A stretch of DNA of 64,000 nt, from positions 32,001 through 96,000 of the forward strand of contig JANOSY010000017.1 of assembly GCA_031416075.1 (NCBI GenBank). Direction: 5' to 3'. Positions within the stretch are counted from its first letter, which is position 1. Each line of letters begins with the position of its first letter. The position numbers and the translations under genes are program-made. Below the pieces are notes generated by a model that was not told the origin of the DNA, did no database searches, and saw only the letters and a list, made by a program, of their open reading frames with translations. Below, one piece after another: positions 23,666 through 35,800 of this stretch. Source of the stretch: Candidatus Tenderia sp. (GTDB taxonomy: Bacteria; Pseudomonadota; Gammaproteobacteria; Tenderiales; Tenderiaceae).

Positions 23666-23693
23666 TAGCACAGCCCCCGCCACTGCGCTCTTT

Positions 23694-24659
23694 TCAATCC
23701 TTGCCCCGGTTAAGCCACTGCATATAGTCGCTGACACCCTCTTCCACCGTTTTAAAGGGGGCGCTGTAACCGCTGCTACGCAGCGCGCTGATATCCGCCT
23801 CGGTGAAACTCTGGTAACACCCCTTCAGATGGTCCGGAAACGGGATGTATTCCAACGTGCCCTTGGCGTGATATTGAAGCACCGCATTGGCCACATCGTT
23901 AAAGCTCTGACTACGCCCGGTACCGAGATTAAAGATGCCGGACTTGCCACTGTTCTGCCAGAACCAGAGGTTCACCGCCACCACATCAGCGATGTAGATA
24001 AAGTCACGACGCTGTTCACCGTCACCATAACCATCACATCCGGCAAAGAGCCGGACCTTGCCAGTATCTTTCACCTGATTATTCAGATGAAAGGCAACAC
24101 TGGCCATGCTGCCTTTATGCTGCTCACGCGGACCATACACATTAAAATAACGAAATCCCACCACCTGGCTTTTGGCCCCTGATGGATGAAAGCTCAGCTG
24201 GCGACGCACATATTGATCAAACTGAAACTTGGAGTAGCCATACACATTAAGCGGCTCCTCATACTCCAGTGACTCTTTAAAGATGGGGCCATCGCCATAC
24301 ACAGAGGCGGATGAGGCGTAGAGATATTGAATCCCCCGCTCCAGGCAGTAGTGCAGCAGCGCCTTGGAGTAGTCGTAATTGACCTGCATCATGTAACGGC
24401 CATCCCACTCGGTGGTGGAAGAACAGGCCCCTTGATGGAACATCGCCTCAACTGGCTCGGCAAACTCATCACCGCTGAGGATCATCTCCAGAAACTCATC
24501 TTTATCCATGTAGTCAGCGATGTCACAATCGGCAAGGTTTTTGAACTTAGGGCCATCCTCAAGATCATCCACCACCAGGATGTCGTTACGCCCAAGTGCG
24601 TTTAAACCCTTCACAATATTGCTACCGATAAATCCGGCACCGCCTGTCACTATGATCAT
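23694..24659 (-). CDS. hldD: ADP-L-glycero-D-manno-heptose 6-epimerase
   Basis: [35 protein letters not shown] and YQSFTEAD motifs. Confidence 0.95.
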   Translation of the reverse strand: MIIVTGGAGFIGSNIVKGLNALGRNDILVVDDLEDGPKFKNLADCDIADYMDKDEFLEMILSGDEFAEPVEAMFHQGACSSTTEWDGRYMMQVNYDYSKALLHYCLERGIQYLYASSASVYGDGPIFKESLEYEEPLNVYGYSKFQFDQYVRRQLSFHPSGAKSQVVGFRYFNVYGPREQHKGSMASVAFHLNNQVKDTGKVRLFAGCDGYGDGEQRRDFIYIADVVAVNLWFWQNSGKSGIFNLGTGRSQSFNDVANAVLQYHAKGTLEYIPFPDHLKGCYQSFTEADISALRSSGYSAPFKTVEEGVSDYMQWLNRGKD

Positions 24660-24678
24660 CGCTCTACCCTTTTAACCG

Positions 24679-26106
24679 TCAACTGCCACGAATCAGATTA
24701 ATAATACGTGTTGTGGAAACACCATCAACAAAGCCCAGCACTACCACCTCACCGCCCGCCTCTGTGACACACTGACCGCCCGCAATCTGGTCGGGGCGAT
24801 AGTCACCCCCCTTCACCAGCACATCGGGTTTGATGTGGCAGATCAGCCGCTCGGGGGTATCTTCACCAAAAGGCACCACCCAATCCACACTACCCAAAGC
24901 GGCCAGCACGATCATGCGCTGTGCCAAACTGTTCACCGGGCGCTCTTCACCCTTGAGCCGTTTAACCGAGGCATCATCATTCACCGCCACGATCAGGCGA
25001 TCACCGAGTTTGCGCGCCTGCTCCAGATAGGTGACATGGCCAGCATGCAGAATATCGAAACAGCCATTGGTCATCACCACCCGCTCGCCATGGGCCTGGG
25101 CATCACGCACCAACATCTCCAGGCGTGTTTCGGTCATAACACCGCCTTCGGTCTGGTCATGGCCGCGCAGGGCGCGGCGCAGTTCAGACACCGTGGCCGT
25201 GGCGGTACCGAGTTTGCCCACCACCACACCTGCGGCCAGATTGGCCAGCGCCGTCGCCTCAGCCATCTCAACCCCCGCTGCAAGCGCCGTGGCTAGCGTG
25301 GCGATCACCGTATCACCGGCACCGGTCACGTCGTACACCTCCTGTGCCTTGGTGGGCAGATGCAGTGCCGGCTGCCCCTGACGCAACAGGGTCATCCCCT
25401 TTTCACTGCGGGTTACCAGCAGCGCATCGAGCTGCAATCCTGCAAGCAACGCCTCGCCCTTCGCCACCAGCTCTTCATCATTTTTGCAGTGGCCCACCAC
25501 CGCCTCAAACTCGCTCATATTGGGTGTGATCAGCGTGGCCCCGCGATAGATGGAGTAGTCACTGCCCTTGGGGTCGACCAATACCGGCTTACCCGCTGCC
25601 CGTGCAGCTGCAATCAGCCCCTGCACGCCACTCAGTGTGCCTTTGCCATAATCCGACAGGACCACCGCATCACACCCCGTCAGCATCTCGCTATAACGCT
25701 GTTGCATTGCCGTGGTATCCAGGGCGTGAAAGCCATCTTCAAAGTCGAGGCGGATCAACTGCTGATGACGGCTGATGACACGCAGCTTGGTCACCGTTGG
25801 CATACCTGGTGCTGTCTCAAAGTGACAATGGACCCCGGCCCCCTCAAGACGTCGGACAAGTGCCCCGGCCGCCTCATCCGCCCCCACCAACCCCATCAGG
25901 GTGGAGCTGCCACCCAGTGAGACGATATTCAGCGCCACGTTACCGGCACCGCCGGGACGCTCCTCAGACTCGCCCACATGGACCACTGGCACCGGGGCCT
26001 CTGGCGAAATACGCGAAGTGCTACCGTACCAGTAGCGGTCCAACATCAGGTCGCCCACCACGAGGACACGCGCCTGTTCAAAATTGGGTATATGGATCTT
26101 CATCAC
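24679..26106 (-). CDS. hldE: Bifunctional heptose 7-phosphate kinase / heptose 1-phosphate adenylyltransferase
   Basis: [30 protein letters not shown] and KGGDY motifs. Confidence 0.95.
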   Translation of the reverse strand: MMKIHIPNFEQARVLVVGDLMLDRYWYGSTSRISPEAPVPVVHVGESEERPGGAGNVALNIVSLGGSSTLMGLVGADEAAGALVRRLEGAGVHCHFETAPGMPTVTKLRVISRHQQLIRLDFEDGFHALDTTAMQQRYSEMLTGCDAVVLSDYGKGTLSGVQGLIAAARAAGKPVLVDPKGSDYSIYRGATLITPNMSEFEAVVGHCKNDEELVAKGEALLAGLQLDALLVTRSEKGMTLLRQGQPALHLPTKAQEVYDVTGAGDTVIATLATALAAGVEMAEATALANLAAGVVVGKLGTATATVSELRRALRGHDQTEGGVMTETRLEMLVRDAQAHGERVVMTNGCFDILHAGHVTYLEQARKLGDRLIVAVNDDASVKRLKGEERPVNSLAQRMIVLAALGSVDWVVPFGEDTPERLICHIKPDVLVKGGDYRPDQIAGGQCVTEAGGEVVVLGFVDGVSTTRIINLIRGS

Positions 26107-26274
26107 CAGCCTAGCGCACCAAAAGCTCTACAGAGTCAAAAAACGGGTTAGATCGAAAACTGCGGAATGATACCACGACTCATTTCATCACCCCAGCCAA
26201 CCCGTCACTTCGTTATCACCGCCCAGCCAGTTACAATGCCCCCTAACTCTATAAATAACAGTGTGACCAAGCTG

Positions 26275-28029
26275 ATGGATTCCGACAACAAACGCCTCTA
26301 TGCCCGACTACTCCAGCACATCCGCCCCTACTGGAAGGCATTTGCACTCTCCATCCTTGCCACCGTCATCATCGGCGTCACCGAACCGGCCATCCCCGGC
26401 ATTCTTGGCCCCATGCTGGATGGTAGCTTTGTGGATAAAAGCAGTGATGCCGCACTCTACTACTCACTCATGCTGGTGGGGCTGTTCATCGTACGTGGCA
26501 TCGCCCAGTACATCAGCACCGTTGCCATGAGTTGGGTCGGCCACAAAGTGATTATGGACCTGCGGATAGCGATGTTTGAAAAGCTGACCCATGTACCCAA
26601 TCAGTTTTACGACCACCACGCCTACGGCAGCCTGCTCTCCAAATTCAGCTTTGATGTCACCCAGGTCTACGAGGCCACCACCAACGCACTGATCATCATC
26701 GTCCGCGACACCGTCACCATCATCGGGCTGCTCGCCTTTATGCTCTATACCGACTGGAAACTCGCGCTCTTCTTCTTCACCATCCTTCCCGCAATCGCCA
26801 TCATTGTCAAAGTGATCGCCAAACGGTTACGCCGCATCAACCTTACCCTGCAACAGCAGGTGGGTGAGATGAACACCGTTGTTGAAGAGGCACTCCAGGG
26901 GCACAAGGAGGTCAAGCTCTTTGGCGGCCACCCCTACGAACACGCCCGTCTGAAAGAGACTGTCAATATGGTACGACGCTTCTTCATGAAGGCCATTGTT
27001 ACCTCGGCCTCCAGCGTCCCCGTCGTACAACTGCTGTCGATCACCGCGCTGGCCTTCATCGTTAACCTTGCCGCCGCCCAGGAACCCTCCATGTCAGTGG
27101 GGACTTTTGTCGCCTTTTTTGGTGCCATGGGACTCATGCTCTCCCCCATCAAACGGCTCACCAGTGTCAACGACCCGCTACAACGTGGTCTGGCTGCCGC
27201 ACAAAGTGTCTTTGCCCTGATCGATGAAGCGGCCGAACCAGACCAGGGCAGCCAACCACTGCCCCGTGCCCAGGGGCGCATCGAGCTGCGCCAGCTCAGC
27301 TTCCGCTACCCCAATGCCGAACAGGACGCCCTGCACAACATTAATCTCACCATCACCCCCGGCGAGACCATCGCCCTGGTGGGGCAATCAGGCAGCGGCA
27401 AAACAACCCTGGCCAACTTGATCCCACGGTTTTACCAACCCAGTTCAGGCCAGTTATTGATCGACAACCTGGATACCCAGACAATCAAACTCGACGCACT
27501 ACGCAACAACCTCAGCCTGGTCAGCCAGCAGGTAGTGCTCTTCAACGACACCATCGCCGCCAACATCGCCTACGGTGGCAAACGCAACGCCAGCGAAGCC
27601 GAAATCATCGCCGCCGCCACAAAGGCCCACGCCATGGAGTTCATCAACGATCTACCACAAGGGCTACAAACACCCTGCGGTCAAAATGGAGTGCGACTCT
27701 CTGGTGGCCAGCGCCAGCGCATCGCCATCGCCCGTGCGTTATTAAAAGACGCGCCCATCTTAATCCTTGATGAAGCAACCTCTGCACTCGACACCGAATC
27801 AGAACAGAAAGTACAACAGGCACTCGAAGAGCTGATGCAAGGACGCACCACCCTCACCATCGCCCATCGCCTCTCCACCATCAAACAGGCCAACCGTATT
27901 GTTGTTATGGACCACGGTCAGATTGTTGAGATCGGCAACCACCATGAACTGCTCGCCAAAGGCGGCCGTTATGCCGACCTCTATCAAATCCAATTTGCCG
28001 GACAAGAACAGAGCCCAGCCGACAAATAA
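26275..28029 (+). CDS. msbA: Lipid A export ABC transporter
   Basis: TM domain followed by GQSGSGKTT, LSGGQRQR and ILDEATSALD; LPS context. Start chosen at MDSDNKRLYARLL. Confidence 0.9.
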   Translation: MDSDNKRLYARLLQHIRPYWKAFALSILATVIIGVTEPAIPGILGPMLDGSFVDKSSDAALYYSLMLVGLFIVRGIAQYISTVAMSWVGHKVIMDLRIAMFEKLTHVPNQFYDHHAYGSLLSKFSFDVTQVYEATTNALIIIVRDTVTIIGLLAFMLYTDWKLALFFFTILPAIAIIVKVIAKRLRRINLTLQQQVGEMNTVVEEALQGHKEVKLFGGHPYEHARLKETVNMVRRFFMKAIVTSASSVPVVQLLSITALAFIVNLAAAQEPSMSVGTFVAFFGAMGLMLSPIKRLTSVNDPLQRGLAAAQSVFALIDEAAEPDQGSQPLPRAQGRIELRQLSFRYPNAEQDALHNINLTITPGETIALVGQSGSGKTTLANLIPRFYQPSSGQLLIDNLDTQTIKLDALRNNLSLVSQQVVLFNDTIAANIAYGGKRNASEAEIIAAATKAHAMEFINDLPQGLQTPCGQNGVRLSGGQRQRIAIARALLKDAPILILDEATSALDTESEQKVQQALEELMQGRTTLTIAHRLSTIKQANRIVVMDHGQIVEIGNHHELLAKGGRYADLYQIQFAGQEQSPADK

Positions 28030-28046
28030 AGAGCCATCAACCAGTC

Positions 28047-28072
28047 CCGTTCGCCCTGAACCCATCAAAGGG
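28047..28072. repeat. Degenerate REP-like copy
   Basis: ccgttcgccctgaacccatcaaaggg resembles 28516-28540. Confidence 0.45.
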
Positions 28073-28224
28073 CGGGCATCACCACTCCTGACACTTAATC
28101 ACGCACTGCCAACAGCTCAACCACACAGCAACAGACAAAAAAACATCAACACACCATCCAATCACAAAAAACCCTTAACACTCCAATCGATTTAATCGGT
28201 TTAAACCTGCAATACAACTACATG

Positions 28225-28254
28225 TTTACAATTACATAACATTCACTCCATAAT
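28225..28254 (+). promoter_or_regulatory. Candidate sigma70 promoter in an ORF-free gap
   Basis: TTTACA-18 nt-CATAAT. Confidence 0.35.
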
Positions 28255-28515
28255 GGCCCCGAAGTTTTGCAAGGACGATACGTTGATCACGGAACGATCA
28301 CCTAATTAAATCGTACTACCCAATCAACACAACAACTCTCTTCATTGCACATTCAGACCTGCGTCCAACTACAACAAAAGTTATCACAACAGGATTTATA
28401 TCCTTGAGCATGACTGTTGACATCCCCTTCAAATCATCAACAGACAGCAAAGAGAGGACTACTAATTCAGGATAGGCCATCTGTCCTTATGTAATTAGGG
28501 AGCCTCTGAATAAGT

Positions 28516-28606
28516 CCGTTCGCCCTGAGCCTGTCGAAGGTTGCTGACGTAACGTCAAATCATTCAACACCCTCCATCCATGGTTCGACAAGCTCACAAC
28601 AAACGG
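28516..28606. repeat. REP-like inverted pair
   Basis: ccgttcgccctgagcctgtcgaagg ... ttcgacaagctcacaacaaacgg; the two arms are partially complementary. Confidence 0.6.
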
Positions 28607-28822
28607 GTTGATCTACCTCTTTACCCTCCGCTTCACACCAAGATAAAACAACGTGAAGATTGATTCATCACCGGAGAAGACGTCGCGACTCTTCACTATT
28701 TTTTGTGTCGCGTCGCTCAACGACTCGATCGCATTAATGGTGTAAATCACTCAGCGAATCTCGAACGCTCATTAACCACCCATCCACTACTTGTGAAGCC
28801 GTAAATGTTACGCCTGCTTTAA

Positions 28823-30499
28823 TCATCGCCCTTCCCGTCCCGATTCACACGCGGAAAAGATATCCAGCTTAGGGTCATATAGCGTTGTTGAGACTCCCAT
28901 TAATCCCAGCACTGTATGAAACAGGTTGTCATGACTATATTCACCGGCTTTTTTCTGTGACAAGCAGCTATCATCCAACCCCTTTGCCCGTTCAAACTCG
29001 GGTGACAACCACGCAATCATCGGCACATGGGTCTGCTGACTGGGGGCCATAAAATACGGGACTCCATGTAGATACAGATTATTTTCACCCAGTGACTCAC
29101 CATGATCAGAGAGATACAACATTGCACCGTTATAATCCTCTGCCTGTTTTTTAAGAAACCCAATCACCTCTGCCAAAAAGTGATCTGTATAAAGGATGGT
29201 GTTGTCGTAAGCATTTACAATCTCCTGCTGACTACAATTTTGTAACTCACTGGTGGTACATACCGGTGTGAATTGATTAAACGCCTTCGGATAGCGTTTG
29301 TAATAAGCGGGCCCGTGGCTCCCTTTCTGGTGCAGCACAATCAGACCATCACCTTTCAATCCCGCTACATACTCTTCCAGCTTATGCAGCAGTATTTCGT
29401 CAAAACACTCCTCTTTATTGCAGTAGGGTTCAACATGCAGTACCGACATATCCTCGCTACCAATACGATCACACGCCCCTTTGCAGCCCGAGTTGTTATC
29501 GCGCCATAATATTGAAACGTCGCTATGTGCCATAACATCCAGCAGCCCCTCTTGATGTTTTGCTTTCTCATCACTGTAGTGGTCACGGCCAAGATTAGAA
29601 AACATACAAGGAAGCGAGACCGCTGTGGCCGTTCCACATGAGGAGACATTACTAAAATTAATAATTTTTTCCTGACTCAGACGTGGATTGGTATTACGAT
29701 TGTAACCATTTAGCGAAAAATTTTCGGCCCGTGCAGTTTCGCCTACCACCAGTATTATCAGATTCTTTTTACCGTTATTAACAACATCAGGCAATTCTTT
29801 AGCATCTTCTCCCATCGCCTTCACCACCACCGGACCAGCACTGGCAGTGCCGGCCAGATAACGGCTAAAGGAGTACAGGTAGTTGCTTGGGGTAATTAAG
29901 TGGCGTATCTCACGATTGTTGCGTGCTACGGAGGCATATTCATCATAAAACGCGTAAATCGAAACAGCTGCGATCACCAGACTTAAAGAGAAGTACATCC
30001 CCTTATGAAGTACGTCTTTTAAAAAGGGTTTGTATTCAATGTTAAAACGCCAGACCAATAACGCCGGCAGCACACCCCAGAGAATAAAATGAAGCAATAA
30101 CTTGCTATTTAAGAGTTCGAAAGATTCAGCAGGATCAGTCTCCATCACATTCTGAACCATGGTGCTATCGATCATCACGCCATATTGGTTCATAAAATGA
30201 CTGACCAACGCGCTGCTGAGCAGCAGGAAAATCACTAATGGCTTAAAGAGATGTCGAAAGCCAAACAGAATAACCGTGGCATTAAAAAGCGCCAGCAGTG
30301 CCACAAAAAAAGATATTAGAAAGAGCGCTTTGGACCAAACATTAGCATCATGATCAACCTGAAGCAGCGTCCGCCAGAGCGGATCGTTGCAAAATAGCAG
30401 CAACCAGACCACCAGCAGTAACGATAGCTGGTTCACCCCAATGGCGGGTCGAAACCCGCCCCACCAAGCCGTTAGCCGACTTGCCCAGCCACTTTCCAT
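28823..30499 (-). CDS. eptA: Lipid A phosphoethanolamine transferase
   Basis: 5-TM N-terminus; VVGETARA, SCGTATAVSLPCMFS, HQKGSHGP, YDNTILYTD and SDHGESLGE motifs. Confidence 0.93.
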   Translation of the reverse strand: MESGWASRLTAWWGGFRPAIGVNQLSLLLVVWLLLFCNDPLWRTLLQVDHDANVWSKALFLISFFVALLALFNATVILFGFRHLFKPLVIFLLLSSALVSHFMNQYGVMIDSTMVQNVMETDPAESFELLNSKLLLHFILWGVLPALLVWRFNIEYKPFLKDVLHKGMYFSLSLVIAAVSIYAFYDEYASVARNNREIRHLITPSNYLYSFSRYLAGTASAGPVVVKAMGEDAKELPDVVNNGKKNLIILVVGETARAENFSLNGYNRNTNPRLSQEKIINFSNVSSCGTATAVSLPCMFSNLGRDHYSDEKAKHQEGLLDVMAHSDVSILWRDNNSGCKGACDRIGSEDMSVLHVEPYCNKEECFDEILLHKLEEYVAGLKGDGLIVLHQKGSHGPAYYKRYPKAFNQFTPVCTTSELQNCSQQEIVNAYDNTILYTDHFLAEVIGFLKKQAEDYNGAMLYLSDHGESLGENNLYLHGVPYFMAPSQQTHVPMIAWLSPEFERAKGLDDSCLSQKKAGEYSHDNLFHTVLGLMGVSTTLYDPKLDIFSACESGREGR

Positions 30500-30555
30500 C
30501 GTTGCACCTTTCAACCAAATAACCTATTAATACAGCGCTATAACATCACCGACAC

Positions 30556-30572
30556 CTTAATCCCCCCTTAAA
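30556..30572 (-). promoter_or_regulatory. PmrA/BasR-like box upstream of eptA
   Basis: Minus strand TTTAAG-N5-ATTAAG versus consensus YTTAAK-N5-YTTAAK; an extended -10-like TGTTATAGC lies downstream. Confidence 0.55.
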
Positions 30573-30609
30573 TAGCGCAAACGACAGCCAAATAGGTACA
30601 ATCGCATCC

Positions 30610-31908
30610 ATGCGCCTGTTTTTAAAAATTACCATACTGTTATTCGGCGGCCTGACTCTGTTACTGGCCACGCTGCTGGCCCTCATCAGTGACGATGAGC
30701 GGCTAGCCACCCCCGCCACACCGGTTACCCCGGAGGTGGCTCAGGAGGTCAAGCTGATTGCCAAACAGATGCAGCTGGCGCTGTATGCCAGCCAGATACA
30801 CACCATGACCTTTTCCGAACAGCAGATCCATTCGCTGCTCGCCGTAGCGGCACGGGCACTGCCGCGCATGAGTGGTGATACCCGAATCACAAAAGAGGGC
30901 AGCGCCCTGCGCTTGACCCTGCACACCCCTGAAAACCCCTTTGGTGATTACATCAACGTAGAACTCACCCTGCCCGCGACCAGCAACGGATGGGCCATCG
31001 ATCAACTCACTATCGGCGATCTGACATTGTCAGGCGGCACTGCCCAATCACTCATCGAAAGTTTTGCCAATATCGCTTTTGGCAACGACGAAGGCAGCAA
31101 ACTGCTGGCCAATATCAAACAGATACGCAGCCACGACAAGCTATTGATCGTCACCTATCAGACCACGCCTCATCTCGACGAAAAACTGATTACCGCCCTC
31201 AACCGCCTGCAGCCCTGGCGTGATGAAAGCAGCGACAGCTCCGTAGCCGCCATACGCAGCCACTATATGCGGCTCTGCAAAAGCCGTTACAAAACCTCTG
31301 TAATCACACTGGGCCAGCCCCTGAGTGCCAGCCTCAAATACGCTGCCAGCCGCAGTGGCTCAGACAGAGAAGCCGTGATCGAAAACCGCGCCGCACTGCT
31401 GGCGCTGGCAATATATTTTGGCAACTACCGCTTTAACACCCTGGTCAACGCAGTACCTAACGCGACTATTCAACAGTGCCAGCACTACCGCTCAGCCGTC
31501 AGTCTGGCAGAGCGCCAGGATCTGGCACTGCACTTCATCTACTCCATGGCCATTAAAATCATCGCCGATAGTCCAATGAGTTTTGCCGTGGGAGAACTTA
31601 AAGAGATGATGGATTCGCTGCAAGGAGGATCTGGATTTAGCTTTGCCGACCTGGCCGCCGATGAAAGTGGCATCCGTTTTGCCGACCTTGCCACTGATCC
31701 AAAACGTGCGCGCATATTACAGGCCGCTGCCACACAGTTGAAACAGGAAGAGCACTTTTTTCCTCCCATCAACCTGCTGCCGGAAGGGATTTCACAGCAA
31801 CTGTTTGAGCAAGAGTATGGTGGCACAGAAGGCGACTACTACAAGGCGCAGCTAACCCAGATAAAAACCCGCATCAACGCGCTGCCCCTCTACCAGCCAC
31901 TGCCATAA
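30610..31908 (+). CDS. Hypothetical protein with N-terminal membrane anchor
   Basis: 432-aa ORF with conserved-looking DLALHF, GELKE..D and GGSGFSFADLAAD segments. Confidence 0.75.
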   Translation: MRLFLKITILLFGGLTLLLATLLALISDDERLATPATPVTPEVAQEVKLIAKQMQLALYASQIHTMTFSEQQIHSLLAVAARALPRMSGDTRITKEGSALRLTLHTPENPFGDYINVELTLPATSNGWAIDQLTIGDLTLSGGTAQSLIESFANIAFGNDEGSKLLANIKQIRSHDKLLIVTYQTTPHLDEKLITALNRLQPWRDESSDSSVAAIRSHYMRLCKSRYKTSVITLGQPLSASLKYAASRSGSDREAVIENRAALLALAIYFGNYRFNTLVNAVPNATIQQCQHYRSAVSLAERQDLALHFIYSMAIKIIADSPMSFAVGELKEMMDSLQGGSGFSFADLAADESGIRFADLATDPKRARILQAAATQLKQEEHFFPPINLLPEGISQQLFEQEYGGTEGDYYKAQLTQIKTRINALPLYQPLP

Positions 31909-32681
31909 CGTAGCCAATACCAAACCCGCCCAACCCACTCATGCAACGCCACATAACTATCCTGCACAGCAAAAGCACTGGGCAACCACTGCATGAAGAG
32001 TGGCATTTCACTCCGCCCCTTTACCGACAGTTTTGTAGGTGCCGCCACCACCGTTAAACCACTCTTTTCAAAAATCATCACCGCACGTGGCATATGGTAG
32101 GCATGTGTCACCAACAACACCGTATCAATCCCCCGCGCCTTTAGCTGCTGTTCTGTAAACAGCGCGTTCTCCGCCGTAGTATGGCTGCGATCTTCCAGCC
32201 ACACCTGTTTCACACCAAAATCATCTCGCAGACTGGCCGCCATCACCTCAGCCAGGCTGTCGCCACCGCTATCCAGCACATGACCACCACTGACCAGCAG
32301 TGGCAAACCAGTCAGCCGATGAAGATAGGCACCGTAACGAATCCGCTCCAGCGTTGCATCACCCACCGTATCGCGCCCATATTCCGGCCCCTGTTGATAA
32401 CGGTTGGCCGATAACACCACAATGGCTTGAGCGTGTGCATGTTTAACCTGTTCCACCACCCGTTCAGGGGGCAGCGCCGAGTAGGTTTGCAACGGCTGCG
32501 ACAGTATGCCCGCAACATAAGGGGTGCTCACCAGATAACCCGATATCAATCCTGACCACAACAGCAATCGCGCCAGTCTGGGACGGGTACGCAGCAATAT
32601 CAGACCCAACAGCAAAAACAACAAAAAAAGTCCGGGAGGAAATATCAGTCCCTTCAACGTATACGTAATCAACAGCTCCAT
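31890..32681 (-). CDS. YdcF/DUF218 family membrane protein
   Basis: AIVVL, LVSGG, EDRSHTTAENA, LVTHAYHMPRA and HEWVG motifs. Confidence 0.88.
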   Translation of the reverse strand: MELLITYTLKGLIFPPGLFLLFLLLGLILLRTRPRLARLLLWSGLISGYLVSTPYVAGILSQPLQTYSALPPERVVEQVKHAHAQAIVVLSANRYQQGPEYGRDTVGDATLERIRYGAYLHRLTGLPLLVSGGHVLDSGGDSLAEVMAASLRDDFGVKQVWLEDRSHTTAENALFTEQQLKARGIDTVLLVTHAYHMPRAVMIFEKSGLTVVAAPTKLSVKGRSEMPLFMQWLPSAFAVQDSYVALHEWVGRVWYWLRYGSGW

Positions 32682-32806
32682 GACACACCTAAAATATATT
32701 ACACAAATAGTTAACAAATCCCCCCACACCATCACTTGCACAGACTCCAGAAAGAGACTCAAATGACCGATAGTCATAGTCTAAATGGTGTAGGAACATC
32801 TTAAAC

Positions 32807-35800
32807 GTGCGGCAGCCATCAGAAAAAGGGATAACACTCTACCAATCAATAGTGGATCTATTGCCACACGGTGTCATCTGCCAGGACCAGAATGGCAACA
32901 TTCTCACCATTAATGCCCAAGCCGAACATCTGCTGGGACTCACCAGAGAACAACTCAGCCACCACCCCCACACCATACACTGGGGCAATCTGCTCTGCGA
33001 CAACCAGCAACAGCCCTACAATACCCACAACCACCCGGCTCTGCTGGCATTAAAAAAGAATCGCCCCGTCCACCACGAGAGCTGTGTCATCAAGAGTCAA
33101 CGCTGGCTCAGCATTGACTCTATACCCATCAATACAGATGGCTCCCCTGCTGTGCTCAGCACGTTGACCGACATCACCGAACTCAAACAGCGTGAGGAGC
33201 AGGCCCAGAGCAGCCTGTTTAAACTCTCCGCCATTGAACGCATCAACCACATCAGCCTCGATGCTGAAACCGTCGAGGAGATGCTGGAGCAAGCATTAAA
33301 AGAGTTACTCGCCACCTTCAATTGCGACCGCGCCGCACTGCTCTATCCCTGCAACCCGGATGCCGACAGCTTCAGCGTTCCCTATGAACAGACCCGACCT
33401 GAATGGCCCGGTGCAAAAGCCCAGTCGCGCAGCGTCCCCATGGGCAGCCACACCTCCGAGCTGCTATTGATATCACTCAACAGCCCCCAGCCACTCTGTT
33501 TTGGCGGCCAGAACGAGCTGCCCGTCCCCAACGAAATCAAACACCATTTTCACGTCCTCAGCCAGATGGTCATGACACTGCATCCTAAGTTTGGCGACCC
33601 TTGGGCACTGATTATCCATCACTGCACGGAGGAACACCTCTTCAATGACGAAGAGCGATGGCTTTTTAATGAGATCGGGAGCCGCATCACCAATACACTC
33701 TCTAATCTGATAGACCTACGCAACCTGCGTGAAAATGAAGAGCGTTACCGCTCCCTCGTCGAAAACGCACCCGATGCGCTCTTTGTACTTGATGCGACCA
33801 ATCATCAACTGGTTGATGTCAATAAAAACAGCTGTACTATGTTTGGTATGCGCCGTAGCGAACTACTCGAAATAGAGACCTACCGCCTCAACCCTATCAA
33901 CCAGCCCAACGGCCTAAATTCAGCCAAACAGTTTCAACACTTCATTGACCAGACACTCGCAGGGCAACAACCCGTTTTTGAGTGGGTATTTATCAATACC
34001 GACAACAGACGGCTGGAGTGTGAAGTTCGGCTAATCCAGATCCCCAATAACAAAGAGCTATTGGTACGCGGCAGCATCATCGACATCAGCGAACGCAAAC
34101 GCAAAGAGGCGCACATGCGGCAACTTTCGCGGGCGCTGCAACAGACCGCTGACGCCATTACTATCACTGACAAGTATGGTGTCATTGAATATGTAAACCC
34201 ATCTTTTGAGGCCATCACCGGTTACTCCAGCGCCGAAGTGGTTGGTCAAACACCACAAATCCTCAGCTCCCAAAAACATCCTCCTGAGTTTTACCAGAAA
34301 CTCTGGCGCACCATCAGCGCCGGTGAAACCTTCAGCGACACCATTACCAACAAAAAGAAAGATGGCACCCTCTTTGACGAAGAGAAGACCATCACGCCGC
34401 TCAAAGACGACAACGGCAACATCACCCACTTCATCGCCACCGGTCGCGACATCACCGAACGCATTAATACCCAGGAGCGCCTGCTGCACCTGGCCCATCA
34501 TGACCTGCTGACAGACCTGCCCAACCGGGGCAGCTTCAACGAGCGGTTACAGATGGAGGTCAAACACGCCCACCGCAAGGAGCGACGCGTCGCCGTTCTG
34601 TTTATCGATCTGGACCGTTTTAAGATCATCAACGACACCCTCGGCCATGATGTCGGCGACCAGGTCTTGCAAACCGCCGCCGTGCGCCTGGTCAACGGCC
34701 TGCGCGCCAGCGACACTGTTGCCCGCCTGGGGGGAGACGAGTTTGCCATTCTGCTGCCCGAAATCGCCAGCACCGATGAAGTCACCATGATCACTGAAAA
34801 ATTGCTGCTTGAGCTTGCCAAGCCACTCTACATCAACGAACGGGAGCTGTTTATCTCCGCCAGCATCGGCATCAGCCTCTATCCTGATGACAGCGTCGAT
34901 CCACGCATCCTTGTCAAACACGCCGACATGGCGATGTATCGCGCTAAAAGCATGGGACGCAATACCTATCGCTTTTTCTCGGCAGAGCTCAGCAACCGGG
35001 CCGACGAACGCCTCACCCTGGAAAGCAATCTGCGCCGGGCGTTGGAACGTGAAGAGTTCTGCCTCCATTACCAACCGCAGATATCATTCAATACCGGCAG
35101 GATTACCGGGGTTGAAGCCCTGCTCCGCTGGCAACAACCCGGACAGGGCCTCACCCCCCCAGACCAATTTATCCCCATCCTGGAAGAGACCGGACTCATC
35201 ATCGAAGTAGGCGAATGGGTGGCGCGTAACGCCTGCCAACAGCTGCGCCACTGGCATGACGCTGGCTACCCAATCCGCATGGCCATCAACGTCTCCAGCC
35301 GCCAGTTCAATGACAAACGGCTCGAAGAGCGCGTCCAGAAGGCCATTCAACAGAGTGGCGTGCCCGCCACCGCCATTGAACTGGAGATCACCGAGAGCCT
35401 GTTAATGCAGAACCCCAGCAGAACTGAACAGACCCTTAAAAATTTTGCCCAGATGGGAATCAACCTCGCCATCGACGACTTTGGCGTGGGCTACTCCTCA
35501 CTCAGCTACCTGCGCCGCTTCCCACTCAATACACTCAAGATCGACCGCGCCTTTGTCAACGACATCACCGCCGACCCTGATGATGCCGCCATCATCACCA
35601 CCATTATCGCCATGGCCAAGGCATTAAAGCTGGCCACTGTCGCGGAGGGGGTAGAGACCCAGGCACAACTCGACTTCCTCAGGGCGCTACACTGCGACAC
35701 CGTGCAAGGGTACCTCTTCTCAAAACCGGTGCTGCCCGCCGAAATCGACACATTGCTGACGCAATACAACGGAATCACTGAACCACAAAAAGAGAAAGGG

